From: Syntrophorhabdales bacterium
GTDB lineage: Bacteria > Desulfobacterota > Syntrophorhabdia > Syntrophorhabdales > WCHB1-27
Reading direction: 5' to 3'
Length of the DNA stretch: 64,000 bases
Assembly: GCA_035315185.1 (NCBI GenBank)
Contig: DATFYE010000101.1
Span: 115 to 64,114 of the forward strand
Shown piece by piece: positions 10,279-19,253 of this stretch. The notes beneath the pieces are model-generated. The model saw nothing but the letters and a program-made list of their open reading frames with translations, was not told the DNA's origin and made no database searches. The position numbers and the translations under genes are program-made. Within the stretch, counting starts at the first letter, position 1, and every line of letters starts with the position of its first letter.

Positions 10279-10286
10279 GAATAGAG

Positions 10287-10952
10287 GTGGCACGTGTGGC
10301 AAAAAATGAGTACGTTCAGATCGATAGGCGTACGCTGGGACCCATCAATACTACCTGCGATTCCAATTGCTACACTAATTGCTACATAATTACCTGTCCC
10401 CACACCGGAGATAGCGTGTTGATAGACGCGCCCGCAGAAGCACCTGAAATTCTAAAGCAGTTGAAAGGGACCAATCCCAGATACATACTGATAACTCATG
10501 GCCATACGGATCATGTCGGGGCACTATCCGAGCTAAAGTCGAAGCTAAGGATTCCCGTTGGTGCCCATCGTCTGGACGCCGATGGTCTTTCTGAGCGACC
10601 TGACTTTCTCCTGCATGACGGCGAAGAAATATCCTTTGGAAACATACGTCTCAAAGTCCTTCATACGCCTGGTCACACACCCGGCAGTGTCTGCTTCTTA
10701 ATAGGAAAGCATCTTATTTCGGGAGACACTATCTTCCCTGGAGGCCCGGGTAAGACAGGGTCGCCGGGTGATTTAAACCAAATAATCAAATCCATAACCA
10801 GTAAGGTCTTTGTCTTGCCTGATGATACAGAGATATACCCTGGCCACGGCGATCCCACCATAGTGAGAAAAGAGAAGACAGAACTTGCCATCTTTTCCTC
10901 CCGTCCCCATGATCCTGATCTGTTCGGGGACGTACTTTGGCTTTCATCCTAA
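10287..10952 (+). CDS. MBL-fold metallo-hydrolase
   Basis: THGHTDHVG metal-binding motif, later HTPGHTPGS and GHGD. GTG start assumed. Confidence 0.8.
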   Translation: MARVAKNEYVQIDRRTLGPINTTCDSNCYTNCYIITCPHTGDSVLIDAPAEAPEILKQLKGTNPRYILITHGHTDHVGALSELKSKLRIPVGAHRLDADGLSERPDFLLHDGEEISFGNIRLKVLHTPGHTPGSVCFLIGKHLISGDTIFPGGPGKTGSPGDLNQIIKSITSKVFVLPDDTEIYPGHGDPTIVRKEKTELAIFSSRPHDPDLFGDVLWLSS

Positions 10953-11098
10953 CCATTTTTTGGATGGACTACCGTAGTATCTCTACTGCTCACGTTCCCG
11001 TATCAGTGCTTCGGAGCAAGATGTCGGCAAATAGGAGCGAGCAGAGCATATTAATTTTGAAGATTGCGTATCCGGTAAATCTTGCTGCCTGTTACCGG

Positions 11099-11209
11099 TC
11101 CAATCCCTGTAGCAAAAAGACGACACGCTCGTACACGAAAGCGTTACAAAATAATTGTTGGTTCTGCGACAGACACGATTGATTGTCTGTTGTATCGTAT
11201 ATACAGAGG
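11099..11209 (+). repeat. stress-leader element copy A (homology to copy C extends to about 11270)
   Basis: tCCAATCCCTGTAGCAAAAAGACGACACGCTCGTACACGAAAGCGTTACAAAATAATTGTTGGTTCTGCGACAGAC, then hairpin ACAGAC/GTCTGT, then TGTAT..ATACAGAGG. The 56-nt core matches copy C at 53/56 by hand count. About 75 nt upstream of the CsbD gene. Confidence 0.85.
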
Positions 11210-11283
11210 CGATACCAGCATGTTCACAATCAACATCCTAAACATTTACGCGCCTCTTATACATCGATCTAAGGAGGAATACC

Positions 11284-11463
11284 ATGAAATCGAGCATTAG
11301 GGACAAGGCGGAAGGCACCTTTCACGAAGCAAAGGGTAAAGCCAAGGAAATGGCCGGGAAAATCACCGATAATCCCAAGTTGGAGTCCAAAGGCAAAGCC
11401 GAAAAGATAGCCGGCAAAGTGCAAGAAAAGGTCGGCCAGGTCAAGAAGGTCCTGGGGAAGTAG
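11284..11463 (+). CDS. CsbD family stress protein (59 aa, below the ORF-track cutoff)
   Basis: AAGGAGG at 11271-11277, ATG at 11284. MKSSIRDKAEGTFHEAKGKAKEMAGKITDNPKLESKGKAEKIAGKVQEKVGQVKK matches the CsbD pattern. Confidence 0.75.
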   Translation: MKSSIRDKAEGTFHEAKGKAKEMAGKITDNPKLESKGKAEKIAGKVQEKVGQVKKVLGK

Positions 11464-11479
11464 TAAGAGCGGGCGTATC

Positions 11480-11668
11480 ATGTACCAAGGGAGGCAAACA
11501 ATCGGCGAGATCATCGACAAGACCAAAGGCAGAATCAAGCAAGCTGTGTGGGCGACCTGACCGGTAACAAAAGGGTCAAGCGAGAGGGCGAGAGGGACGA
11601 ACGCAAGGCCAAGTCGAAAGCGCGGTGAAGGATGCGAAGTGCACGGTCAACGGAAGAATCCAAAACTG
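11480..11668 (+). pseudogene. CsbD-like gene disrupted by two frameshifts
   Basis: Three consecutive frames read IIDKTKGRIKQAV / GDLTGNKRVKREGERDERKAKSKA / VKDAKCTVNGRIQN. Together they reconstruct a CsbD-like sequence. Confidence 0.45.
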
Positions 11669-11705
11669 ACACAGATGTTTAACAAAATGAAGGGAGGAAC
11701 TTACC

Positions 11706-11792
11706 ATGGATACGACAACGCTCATCATCATCGCCGTCGTGTTGTTCCTCGTGTTCGGCGGGAGCGGCGGTTACTATTGGACTAGACGGTAG
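11706..11792 (+). CDS. 28-aa single-TM peptide (hypothetical)
   Basis: GGGAGGAAC RBS, then ATG 11706. MDTTTLIIIAVVLFLVFGGSGGYYWTRR. Confidence 0.35.
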   Translation: MDTTTLIIIAVVLFLVFGGSGGYYWTRR

Positions 11793-11923
11793 GCGTCACT
11801 TCTCACATTATTTTGACGCAACAGATTCACGATAGTTTGACATGTTGCAGGATTGTTTAACCGGAGGGGGATACGATTTCCCTTAATCAGATGTGAAATT
11901 AAAATTCAAGGAGGAGAAAGAAA

Positions 11924-12376
11924 ATGAAGAAAGCATTGATGATGGCACTCACCGTAGTGATCAGCGTCGCCTTTGTCACGGTAGCGTTTGCCCAGGCACC
12001 TGCGGGAACACCCGAGCAAAAGACGACAACGACAACGACAACCACAACACCTGAGAAGAAGGTAACTACAACGACAACCGAAACAACAAAAAGCAAGGGC
12101 ATGTCGTTCAGGGGCAGAGTCACGGCCATGGATACGGCGGCGAAAATGATGACCGTGAAGGGCAAGAAAGGCGATATGACCTTCGATGTTTCAAACGCTA
12201 AGATGAAGGGCCAGCCTAAGGCCGGCGACAGAGTCAGGGTGCAGTACACGGAGATGGATGGCAAGATGATGGCCTCCTGGGTCACCATGCATCGAGCGAA
12301 GACGACGAAGACAACCACAACAAAAACAACGGAGACGAAAGAAGAAACTACTACTCCTGCTGCTCCTGCGAAGTAA
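11924..12376 (+). CDS. secreted protein with poly-Thr linkers and a Met-rich central domain
   Basis: AGGAGGAG RBS and a signal peptide ending AFAQA. T9 and T5 runs flank a domain of about 80 aa (FRGRVTAMD..MMTVKGKKGDMTFDV..GDRVRVQY). A second Thr-rich tail follows. Confidence 0.6.
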   Translation: MKKALMMALTVVISVAFVTVAFAQAPAGTPEQKTTTTTTTTTPEKKVTTTTTETTKSKGMSFRGRVTAMDTAAKMMTVKGKKGDMTFDVSNAKMKGQPKAGDRVRVQYTEMDGKMMASWVTMHRAKTTKTTTTKTTETKEETTTPAAPAK

Positions 12377-12393
12377 GAGTCGCAACCACAGTG

Positions 12394-12429
12394 CAAAAAA
12401 AGGGGGGGGATTGGTTCTCCCCCCTTTTA
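12394..12429 (+). terminator. rho-independent terminator
   Basis: AGGGGGGGGA / loop TTGGTT / CTCCCCCC followed by TTTTAT, about 18 nt after the stop codon. Confidence 0.65.
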
Positions 12430-12648
12430 TTCTGCCCTACCACTGCCCTCGATCGGTGTGAACATATGCGCCGAACAATCGATCGGTCCAGACGGTGGAG
12501 GAGCTTATGAACCTACGGAAAGAAAGTGTGGATAAGAGAATATTGCTGACGTCGCTGTCAAAATAGGTAACCGTCTCGGCCTCCGTCGTTCCGGTGGTGA
12601 GCGTCAGGGTCCTATGGAACTTCGAAGCCTTACCTGAGACCGCGTAAC

Positions 12649-13596
12649 TCAGTGATGCTCGTATACTACGGGTTGCGAGACGGATTCCGGGGAAACAAAA
12701 TCTAATTCCACCGACTCTGGAGGAGAGGTGGCCCGGCTGCTGCTGGAAGCAAGGCCCCGTGTTTCCTCCTTCGCTGCGGCTGTGAGCTCGGAGACGTTGC
12801 GTTCAGCTCTTGGGAGACGTATAACGATCTCGCGGCCCACCTCGTATTCTGTACGAGCCAGCGTTATATCTCGAAGGTGAATCAGAGACGAAAAGGAATT
12901 GATCGCGAAATCGATGGGGTCGATGGCCGGACGGAAGGTGGAATCGTAACGACGGCTGGTGCACGAAAAGATCTCGTGCCCGTCCAGTGTCGAGACCATT
13001 CTCACCCGTGCGCTAACTCGCCAGGCTGAGAGGAAAAAGGCGTAGTACGCCTCATAACTGAGCAGCTCGCCGTAGACCACGGTATCAGCATCCAGCCAGC
13101 GCCCGAGCTCTTCGGGGGAGACGGCGTTGAGTTTGTCCCTGTCGGTGATTCCGTGATGGGCCAACACAGCATCTACCGTTAATAAAGGGACGAGGAGGAA
13201 TTCTCGTGTGGCGAGATCACCAGCAAGGGAACGGCGCACCCGGTTGGTATGGGTCCATGACCACCTCTTTAGCTCTTCCTTATCGCGAGTCTTGACTGAA
13301 ACCCTATCAATTAAGTAGGTGCCTTTCCCCTCATCGACAAAGGGCAGCACTGCAATCTTGCGTGGCGGACGTTTTTGATAATCTCCGGCGATCACGAATG
13401 ATGTGCTTCCCGGATCGGCATCCATGATACGATCGTACCAGGTCATGCGTCCGTGCGTTTCTATCTCCTTTTCGGTCAGGAAGAAGGGGCTCGGCTGGGG
13501 TTGCGTGCTCGCGCATCCCGCGAGCAGCACCAGCAGCAAAAAACATACATAAAGCCGACACCAGGATGATCCAGGTTTCGTGGACAGTGCGGTCAT
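12649..13596 (-). CDS. lipoprotein, unknown function
   Basis: Lipobox LLAGC after a hydrophobic signal. GGAGG RBS. Family not recognised with confidence. Confidence 0.55.
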   Translation of the reverse strand: MTALSTKPGSSWCRLYVCFLLLVLLAGCASTQPQPSPFFLTEKEIETHGRMTWYDRIMDADPGSTSFVIAGDYQKRPPRKIAVLPFVDEGKGTYLIDRVSVKTRDKEELKRWSWTHTNRVRRSLAGDLATREFLLVPLLTVDAVLAHHGITDRDKLNAVSPEELGRWLDADTVVYGELLSYEAYYAFFLSAWRVSARVRMVSTLDGHEIFSCTSRRYDSTFRPAIDPIDFAINSFSSLIHLRDITLARTEYEVGREIVIRLPRAERNVSELTAAAKEETRGLASSSSRATSPPESVELDFVSPESVSQPVVYEHH

Positions 13597-14069
13597 CTGT
13601 GCTTCCTCCGTTCGTCGTACCCCACAGGGCTCTTCTCAACCCTTTGTCATCCTACTTCCTATGTTCTTCCTCCCCTCCTTCAGGTTTTCCTTGAGGCTGA
13701 GACTGTTGTGGCTTCCGTAACGCTGTGAGCTCTTGTAAGAGCTGTTTTATGTGCTGTCTTCCCATCAGTAAGTCCTGAGTCGTTCACATCAATTTCTTTC
13801 CAATGTAAGGCATCTTCGACAAGGCCGCAACAAACAGAGATGGTCCTCGGCGGCTTAAATACATGTTTGTTCGGGTTAAATGTCATTTGTCGTATATACT
13901 ATTACATGGCTGGCTTGTGGGACAAGGAAAACTTTGGAACTTTGAACACGGCCGTTACGCTTACGATACACCTTTGTCGAGCTGCCGAAGCATTTCTTTT
14001 CAGTAATAGGCAATAAGGTGATCTCTACCTCTTCCCCGTAATATCTCTACTGTTTCTTGCGGGTGATAA

Positions 14070-15425
14070 CTAATGCTTCCCCATTGAGTCGCAAGCCCCT
14101 GCAAATGGTTGTGGATTTCTCAGGCCTTTGAAATAACGTTTACGGGTGGATAGATTGACCCCAGCGTACACTTGGCAACCCAATAGAGTCCTTTTCCATG
14201 GGCTCATGCCAAAGAATCGTTTCAACATTGCGCCCACAGAATAGGCTTGTCTGTTCAAGTGGGCGTAGCCGCTAATGAGCTCGTCAGCAGTCATGCCCTT
14301 GGGTTGAAAGAGGAGTGTATCCGGAGGATGTCCACGGAGCCACCAGTCACGCACAAACAACCTGCCTTCGCTTAAGAGACGCTTATATAACCGTGTTCCC
14401 GGATAAGGAGTGAGAATCCTTAGCTGGACAGCATCCATACGACATCTCATTATAAACTCAAGGGTCTGCTCGAACACATCCTTGTTTTCGTAATCAAATC
14501 CAAAAACAAAGGAGCCGAGTATACCGAAACCTTCGCCATGGAATCGACGCATTGCCTCATAGAAATCGATGCTCAGGTTCTTTATTTTCTTCACCTCATT
14601 CTGTGTTCCTTTCTGTACCGATTCGAATCCGATCAAAAGGCCCATGCACCCTGAACGTCTCATCAACCTGAGCAGCTCCAAATCCTCAGCCAACGACACT
14701 GTTCCCTGTCCCAGCCATAGCCGCCGAAGAGGTATCATTTCAGTAAAAAGTTTTTTAGCTGCATTCCGGTTCAGTCCAAGGGCGTCATCGACGAAGAAGA
14801 GGTGAGGGGAATCAATAGCCTCTATCTCGGCAACCACCTCGTGAACCGGCCTGACTCGATACTGATGCCCCAAGGTCTGGCCGATGGAACAGAATTCGCA
14901 ATCGTACGGACACCCGCGGGATGTCTCGACACCGATAGGAATAGGGGCATAACTATTACCCTGGGTTCCGGGGAAGAGATCTCGTCGTGGCTTCGGCAGG
15001 CCTTTGAGATCTGTCATTTTAGCGGCCCGATATAGTCTTTGCATCTGTTCCGAGGCGGCATCCGATACAAGCTGTGGCCAAATACCCTCCGCTTCTCCCA
15101 CAACGACGGCGTCTGCATGCTCTAAAGCTTCCTCAGGCAACACAGTAGGATGTATTCCTCCCATCACCACTTTCACAGCCTTCCGGCGATAGGTGTCAGC
15201 GATAGCATAGGCTCTAAGCGCAAGGTCGGTCATGACGGTGATACCCACCAAATCCACATCTTGATTCATGTCATCGGGAGCAAAAGCTTCATCGGCAATG
15301 GTTACTGTGTGGCCAGGCGGAGTAAGCGCCGCCAGAAGAGGAAGATTTACCCCTTGTAGCTTGAAAGGGCTGGATAGAGTCTCTTCACGTTGTTCGCGCG
15401 GTGCGATAAGTTTTATTTTCATCAT
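14070..15425 (-). CDS. B12-binding domain radical SAM protein
   Basis: N-terminal B12-binding-like Rossmann region (VDLVGITVMT.., VVMGGIHPT). CxxxCxxC cluster SRGCPYDCEFCS. ATGA overlap with the upstream gene. Paralog of 37594..38967. Confidence 0.9.
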   Translation of the reverse strand: MMKIKLIAPREQREETLSSPFKLQGVNLPLLAALTPPGHTVTIADEAFAPDDMNQDVDLVGITVMTDLALRAYAIADTYRRKAVKVVMGGIHPTVLPEEALEHADAVVVGEAEGIWPQLVSDAASEQMQRLYRAAKMTDLKGLPKPRRDLFPGTQGNSYAPIPIGVETSRGCPYDCEFCSIGQTLGHQYRVRPVHEVVAEIEAIDSPHLFFVDDALGLNRNAAKKLFTEMIPLRRLWLGQGTVSLAEDLELLRLMRRSGCMGLLIGFESVQKGTQNEVKKIKNLSIDFYEAMRRFHGEGFGILGSFVFGFDYENKDVFEQTLEFIMRCRMDAVQLRILTPYPGTRLYKRLLSEGRLFVRDWWLRGHPPDTLLFQPKGMTADELISGYAHLNRQAYSVGAMLKRFFGMSPWKRTLLGCQVYAGVNLSTRKRYFKGLRNPQPFAGACDSMGKH

Positions 15426-17185
15426 TCAGACTTGGGACCATTGCCGACAGGTCTCGAAACGCCCCAGCCCTCATCCGGTGGTGTAGGTATCATCTTCACC
15501 ACGTAATCGCCGGATCCATAAAGAGAGCCACTCACATAGTAACGCTCTCTGTTGTCCTCGGCTGTCAAAGAGAAAATCGATTTGTCGTAAGGACGAACCC
15601 GCAGGGACATCGGTACGTCCATCAGATCGAGGAGGGTCGCGAAATTGTTCAGATGGGAAACCCGGATGCCGGGGCGAATGCCGGCTATGGACCCCTTCTT
15701 GTCATATCGCTCGCCGACCACGAAGAACTCGGGTACGTCGGCGATCACCTTGTCAGGCTTCCCATGGCTATACACTTGCCCACGCTCGGCCAACGTCTGG
15801 CCATGGTCCGATGTGTACAGGATGACATAATTCTGATTTGTCGTACCGGAAACGAACGCCCGGAAGAATTGATCCACCTGAAAGCGAATCCCGTTGTCAT
15901 AGGTATTGACGAGCTTCTCGCGTCCGGTCGGGCTGGGGTCAACGGGTTCCAATGCTTTGGAAACCGGCTTCCAAACCGTAAAGGCCGGATCGTCCGGGTA
16001 TCTATTGCGATACTGGAAATGGAGACCCTTCTTGTTGACGAGAATGAAATAGCCGCCTCTTTCATTCAGAAGACTACTGAGAAAGCGGGCTACACCCACG
16101 TCCTTCGCGGTTTTAAGATCGATGTGACGCTCCACGAAGGACTGGTCGTTCATCCACCGGTCCAGGGATCTCACGCGACCCTTCCGGGCCTTTTTCATAA
16201 GCACAGAAAGGTAGCCATGATCGATGTCGATGTAGATGGTCTCGTAGCCCATTTTCTTTGCGTAATCAAAGAGGGTCGGGTTCTTGAGTGTTCGAAAGGC
16301 GTCGTCGGGAAATGCGTTGTGGCCGGAAACGAGATAGGCATTGCTCAAGTGGGAAAGGGTGCCGGCAGAAACAGAAATGCCGAGATTCTTCAGGCGCCCC
16401 TGGGTCTCGAGGGATTGAAGGAACGGTGTGGTGGCGCGCGGGTATCCGTTCAGACTGAGATTGCTGCCACGAACTGACTCATCGATGATATAGATGATGC
16501 TGTCAAGCGGCCGTTGGGAGGCGTGAAAGGTCGGCAGGTCTTCTCGGGGTCCATGATATTCGCGGAGTGTTTCGAACTCGTAATGAAGTGTTGTACGGAC
16601 GAAGGAGGTCAAAGGATTCACATTGAAATTGCGTTCAGGCACGTGGAGGAAGAGTGCGTAATTGGAAGCGAGGAGGTAGAACACCGGTAGTAGGCTGAGG
16701 GCGAGGGACTTTCGGAAGGTGGACCTGGAGGGGACGAGAATCAGTGTGGAGAGAACGAGTGCGTAAGGGAGAGCATACAAGAAGATGAGCGGATTGACAA
16801 AGCTTAAGATGGCTTCTCCGAGGGTGTCCACGCCGACGGTCAAGACGAGATACAGGTCGGTGCCTGTCATGAACTGGTCCAGCGTCAGCCAATAGGAGAA
16901 TTCGACGACTACAAAGAAAGCAGAAACAAGCAGGGCCACCGCGCGGGGAATTCTGGGGAGGAGAAGGATGAGATAGAAGAGGGCGACCACCTGGAGGAAG
17001 ACCAGCGCGAGGGCGCCCGAGAACTTCATGGTGCCGACGATCGGGAGCAAATGGAGTAGGGCTCGGTAATCGCTGAACCTGAAAATGGGATCAATGAGGA
17101 GAGCGAGCGTCGCCGCAACAAAGGCACTCATCGCACGGGGATAGGGTGCTTGAGTGATGGCGCGAAGGGGATGATACTTTGGCAT
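15422..17185 (-). CDS. membrane-anchored sulfatase-fold transferase (phosphoethanolamine-transferase/LTA-synthase-like)
   Basis: N-terminal polytopic TM region. C-terminal sulfatase-fold motifs IIDESVRGSNLS, SAGT(L)S and YTSDHGQ. The start ATG overlaps the permease stop (TGATG). Confidence 0.7.
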   Translation of the reverse strand: MPKYHPLRAITQAPYPRAMSAFVAATLALLIDPIFRFSDYRALLHLLPIVGTMKFSGALALVFLQVVALFYLILLLPRIPRAVALLVSAFFVVVEFSYWLTLDQFMTGTDLYLVLTVGVDTLGEAILSFVNPLIFLYALPYALVLSTLILVPSRSTFRKSLALSLLPVFYLLASNYALFLHVPERNFNVNPLTSFVRTTLHYEFETLREYHGPREDLPTFHASQRPLDSIIYIIDESVRGSNLSLNGYPRATTPFLQSLETQGRLKNLGISVSAGTLSHLSNAYLVSGHNAFPDDAFRTLKNPTLFDYAKKMGYETIYIDIDHGYLSVLMKKARKGRVRSLDRWMNDQSFVERHIDLKTAKDVGVARFLSSLLNERGGYFILVNKKGLHFQYRNRYPDDPAFTVWKPVSKALEPVDPSPTGREKLVNTYDNGIRFQVDQFFRAFVSGTTNQNYVILYTSDHGQTLAERGQVYSHGKPDKVIADVPEFFVVGERYDKKGSIAGIRPGIRVSHLNNFATLLDLMDVPMSLRVRPYDKSIFSLTAEDNRERYYVSGSLYGSGDYVVKMIPTPPDEGWGVSRPVGNGPKSE

Positions 17186-18300
17186 CACTTGCCCTCTTCC
17201 CATTTGGTGGCTATTATGCCCAGGATAAAGACCACGGCCGCAAAAACCCCTATGATCGCGGAGTATCTCAGCGCGGTCGTGTGGTCGACAAATATCATGG
17301 ATGCCCGGAGCCCCTCGTTCACGTAGTACAGAGGCAGTATCCTGGCGAGCGTCTGCAAGAAGTCCGGCATCATCTCGATGGGGAAGAAGCTCCCCGAGAG
17401 GAACATCATCGGGAACGTGATGGCGTTTGCCGCTGCTGCGGCGCTCTGCGCCTCCTTCACGAAGCGGGTGAGTATCATCCCGATTCCGACGAACGCGAAG
17501 ACGTCAAGCACAATGAACACGGGAAGCCAGGCATTTATCTGCAGGCTAACCTTAAACACGGCGTAGCTCGCCAGCAGCATCGCAATCGTGGATACGACCG
17601 CGAGTATGAACTGGTACAGGATGTTGGACAGTATCCAGTCGGTGCGGGTGATGGGCGTGGTGGATAGCTTCCTGATGACACCCTTCTGCCGCAGCTCCGT
17701 GTTCAAGTTCACCGTGCCGAACAGGCTTGCTGTCATCACCGCCATCGCGATGATGCCGGGGATGAAGAAGTCGATGAACCGGTACTTTTTGGTGAGTATA
17801 GAGCTCTCGGCCGTGTTGATAAACGGGGGCTGTCCGGATACCTCCTGGTTTATCACGGCGAAGACCGAGTTCAGTATTTGCATCTTTGTGGACGCCGAAC
17901 TAGAACTGGGGTCATATACGTAGGTAAGGGTAACTGATGCGCTGGGATCGTCGGTATCGATACGCTGATTGAAGGATCTTTCATAATCTTTGGGAATAAT
18001 GAGGAGAAGGTTGGCTTTGTTCTCTTTGGCGTACTCCGTGGCGTTGACGGCGGGGTCGACCTTGGTTATCTTGAGCTTCCCGTTAAGCTTTAGGGTCTCG
18101 ATGAGATGCGCCGAGGAGTTGGTGTGGTCGAGGTCCTGCACGTAAAGGTCGAAGCTCGCGTTGTCCTGGTCCATGAAAATGCTGCCGAACACGAGTATCA
18201 GGATGATCGGGAACGCAATCGTGAAGAACATTGCGGTCTTCTCGCGGTAGAAACTCTTAATGCTCACGACGAGATTAGCGCCGACCACGCGCAGGTTCAT
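17185..18300 (-). CDS. ABC-2 type transporter permease
   Basis: N-terminal TM segment, a large extracytoplasmic loop, then 5 C-terminal TM segments, as in ABC-2/YhhJ-like permeases. ATGA overlap with the ATPase gene. Confidence 0.8.
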   Translation of the reverse strand: MNLRVVGANLVVSIKSFYREKTAMFFTIAFPIILILVFGSIFMDQDNASFDLYVQDLDHTNSSAHLIETLKLNGKLKITKVDPAVNATEYAKENKANLLLIIPKDYERSFNQRIDTDDPSASVTLTYVYDPSSSSASTKMQILNSVFAVINQEVSGQPPFINTAESSILTKKYRFIDFFIPGIIAMAVMTASLFGTVNLNTELRQKGVIRKLSTTPITRTDWILSNILYQFILAVVSTIAMLLASYAVFKVSLQINAWLPVFIVLDVFAFVGIGMILTRFVKEAQSAAAAANAITFPMMFLSGSFFPIEMMPDFLQTLARILPLYYVNEGLRASMIFVDHTTALRYSAIIGVFAAVVFILGIIATKWEEGK

Positions 18301-19250
18301 TCCGCCTCCCTTCCCCCGGCAGGGCCTTCGCGGAGCGCTTCGCCAGTAAGTTTAAGGAACACCTCTTCGAGGTTGGGCTTGCGAACGTCCAGGGTGAGCA
18401 ACGACGCCCCGGCGTCCTTGATGGTGTTCAGTATCTTCCGTACGTCGTCCGTGTGCTCCACCCTGATCTTGATGTTCTTGTGGTTGTCATGGACCGGCTC
18501 AAAACCCATCTTCCGGACGATTTCAAAGGCTTTTTCATCGACGGACTGTAGCGTGAGGACCAGGTAATTCGCGTTGCTTTCTATGAGCTCCCCCGGGGAA
18601 CCCATCGCGATGATCTTCCCCTTCGAGATGATTGCGACCGTGTCTGCAAGAAGCTCCGCCTCCTCCATGTAGTGCGTGGTGAGAAATATCGTCTTCCCCT
18701 TCTTCTTCAAGCCCAACAGGACTTCCCACACCTCGCGCCTTGCGCGGGGGTCGAGCCCTGTTGTCGGCTCGTCGAGGAACACGACCTCGGGGTCGTTCAC
18801 GAGCGCAATCGCGATTCCGAGGCGCTGCTTCAAGCCACCGGAGAGGTTCTTGTACTGCTCTTTGGTCTTCTCCTTGAGGTTCACGAGCTCTATCAGGCCG
18901 TCGATATCGGTGTTCCTGACGCGGAAAAGTAGCGAGTAGTACTGCAGGGTCTCCCTGACCGTTATCCTGTCGAACGAGCTGAACCCTTGCGGGAGTACGC
19001 CGATGCGGGGGACGATGTCGTACTTCTTCTTCGTGACATCCAGCCCCAGAAGGCTCACTCTTCCCGACGTGGGCGTACGAATCGTATCGATGATCTCGAC
19101 GGTCGTGGTCTTTCCCGCGCCGTTCGGGCCCAGCAGGGCGAACACCTCGCCTTTCCTGACGTTGAATGATATGTCGTTCACCGCCAGCAAATCCCCGTAA
19201 CGCTTCGTCAGTTTCTCGACTTCGATTACGTGTTCAGCTTCTTTCATCAT
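18297..19250 (-). CDS. ABC transporter ATP-binding protein (ABC-2/DrrA-like)
   Basis: Walker A GPNGAGKTT, signature LSGGLKQR, Walker B VVFLDEPTTGLD. Confidence 0.9.
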   Translation of the reverse strand: MMKEAEHVIEVEKLTKRYGDLLAVNDISFNVRKGEVFALLGPNGAGKTTTVEIIDTIRTPTSGRVSLLGLDVTKKKYDIVPRIGVLPQGFSSFDRITVRETLQYYSLLFRVRNTDIDGLIELVNLKEKTKEQYKNLSGGLKQRLGIAIALVNDPEVVFLDEPTTGLDPRARREVWEVLLGLKKKGKTIFLTTHYMEEAELLADTVAIISKGKIIAMGSPGELIESNANYLVLTLQSVDEKAFEIVRKMGFEPVHDNHKNIKIRVEHTDDVRKILNTIKDAGASLLTLDVRKPNLEEVFLKLTGEALREGPAGGREAE

Positions 19251-19253
19251 GGA

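Noticed and set aside
11150-11175. A sigma54 promoter in the TTGGTTCTGCGACAG part of the repeated element
   Set aside because: The GG and GC dinucleotides are only 4 nt apart instead of the 10 nt required by TGGCAC-N5-TTGC.
11130-11182. A short leader peptide encoded in the repeated element (..TTRSYTKALQNNCWFCDRHD in A, ..QNNCWFWDRHE in C, MMTRSSMEVVQNIWWFCGRPD in D)
   Set aside because: Copies A and C have no in-frame start codon or RBS. Copy B has a 2-nt indel and an in-frame stop, and copy E has an internal deletion. Substitutions between A and C are not biased toward synonymous sites.
13680-13886. 68-aa minus-strand ORF between the lipoprotein gene and the rSAM gene
   Set aside because: It has no RBS and no recognisable family. 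It may be real but cannot be supported from sequence alone.
15653-16477. Long antisense ORFs opposite well-supported genes (15653..16477 +, 29349..30251 +, 39025..39765 -, 46176..46952 -, 49122..49661 -, 50031..50711 -, 8031..8645 +, 42316..43330 -)
   Set aside because: Each overlaps a gene with clear family motifs on the other strand. None has an RBS or a recognisable domain.
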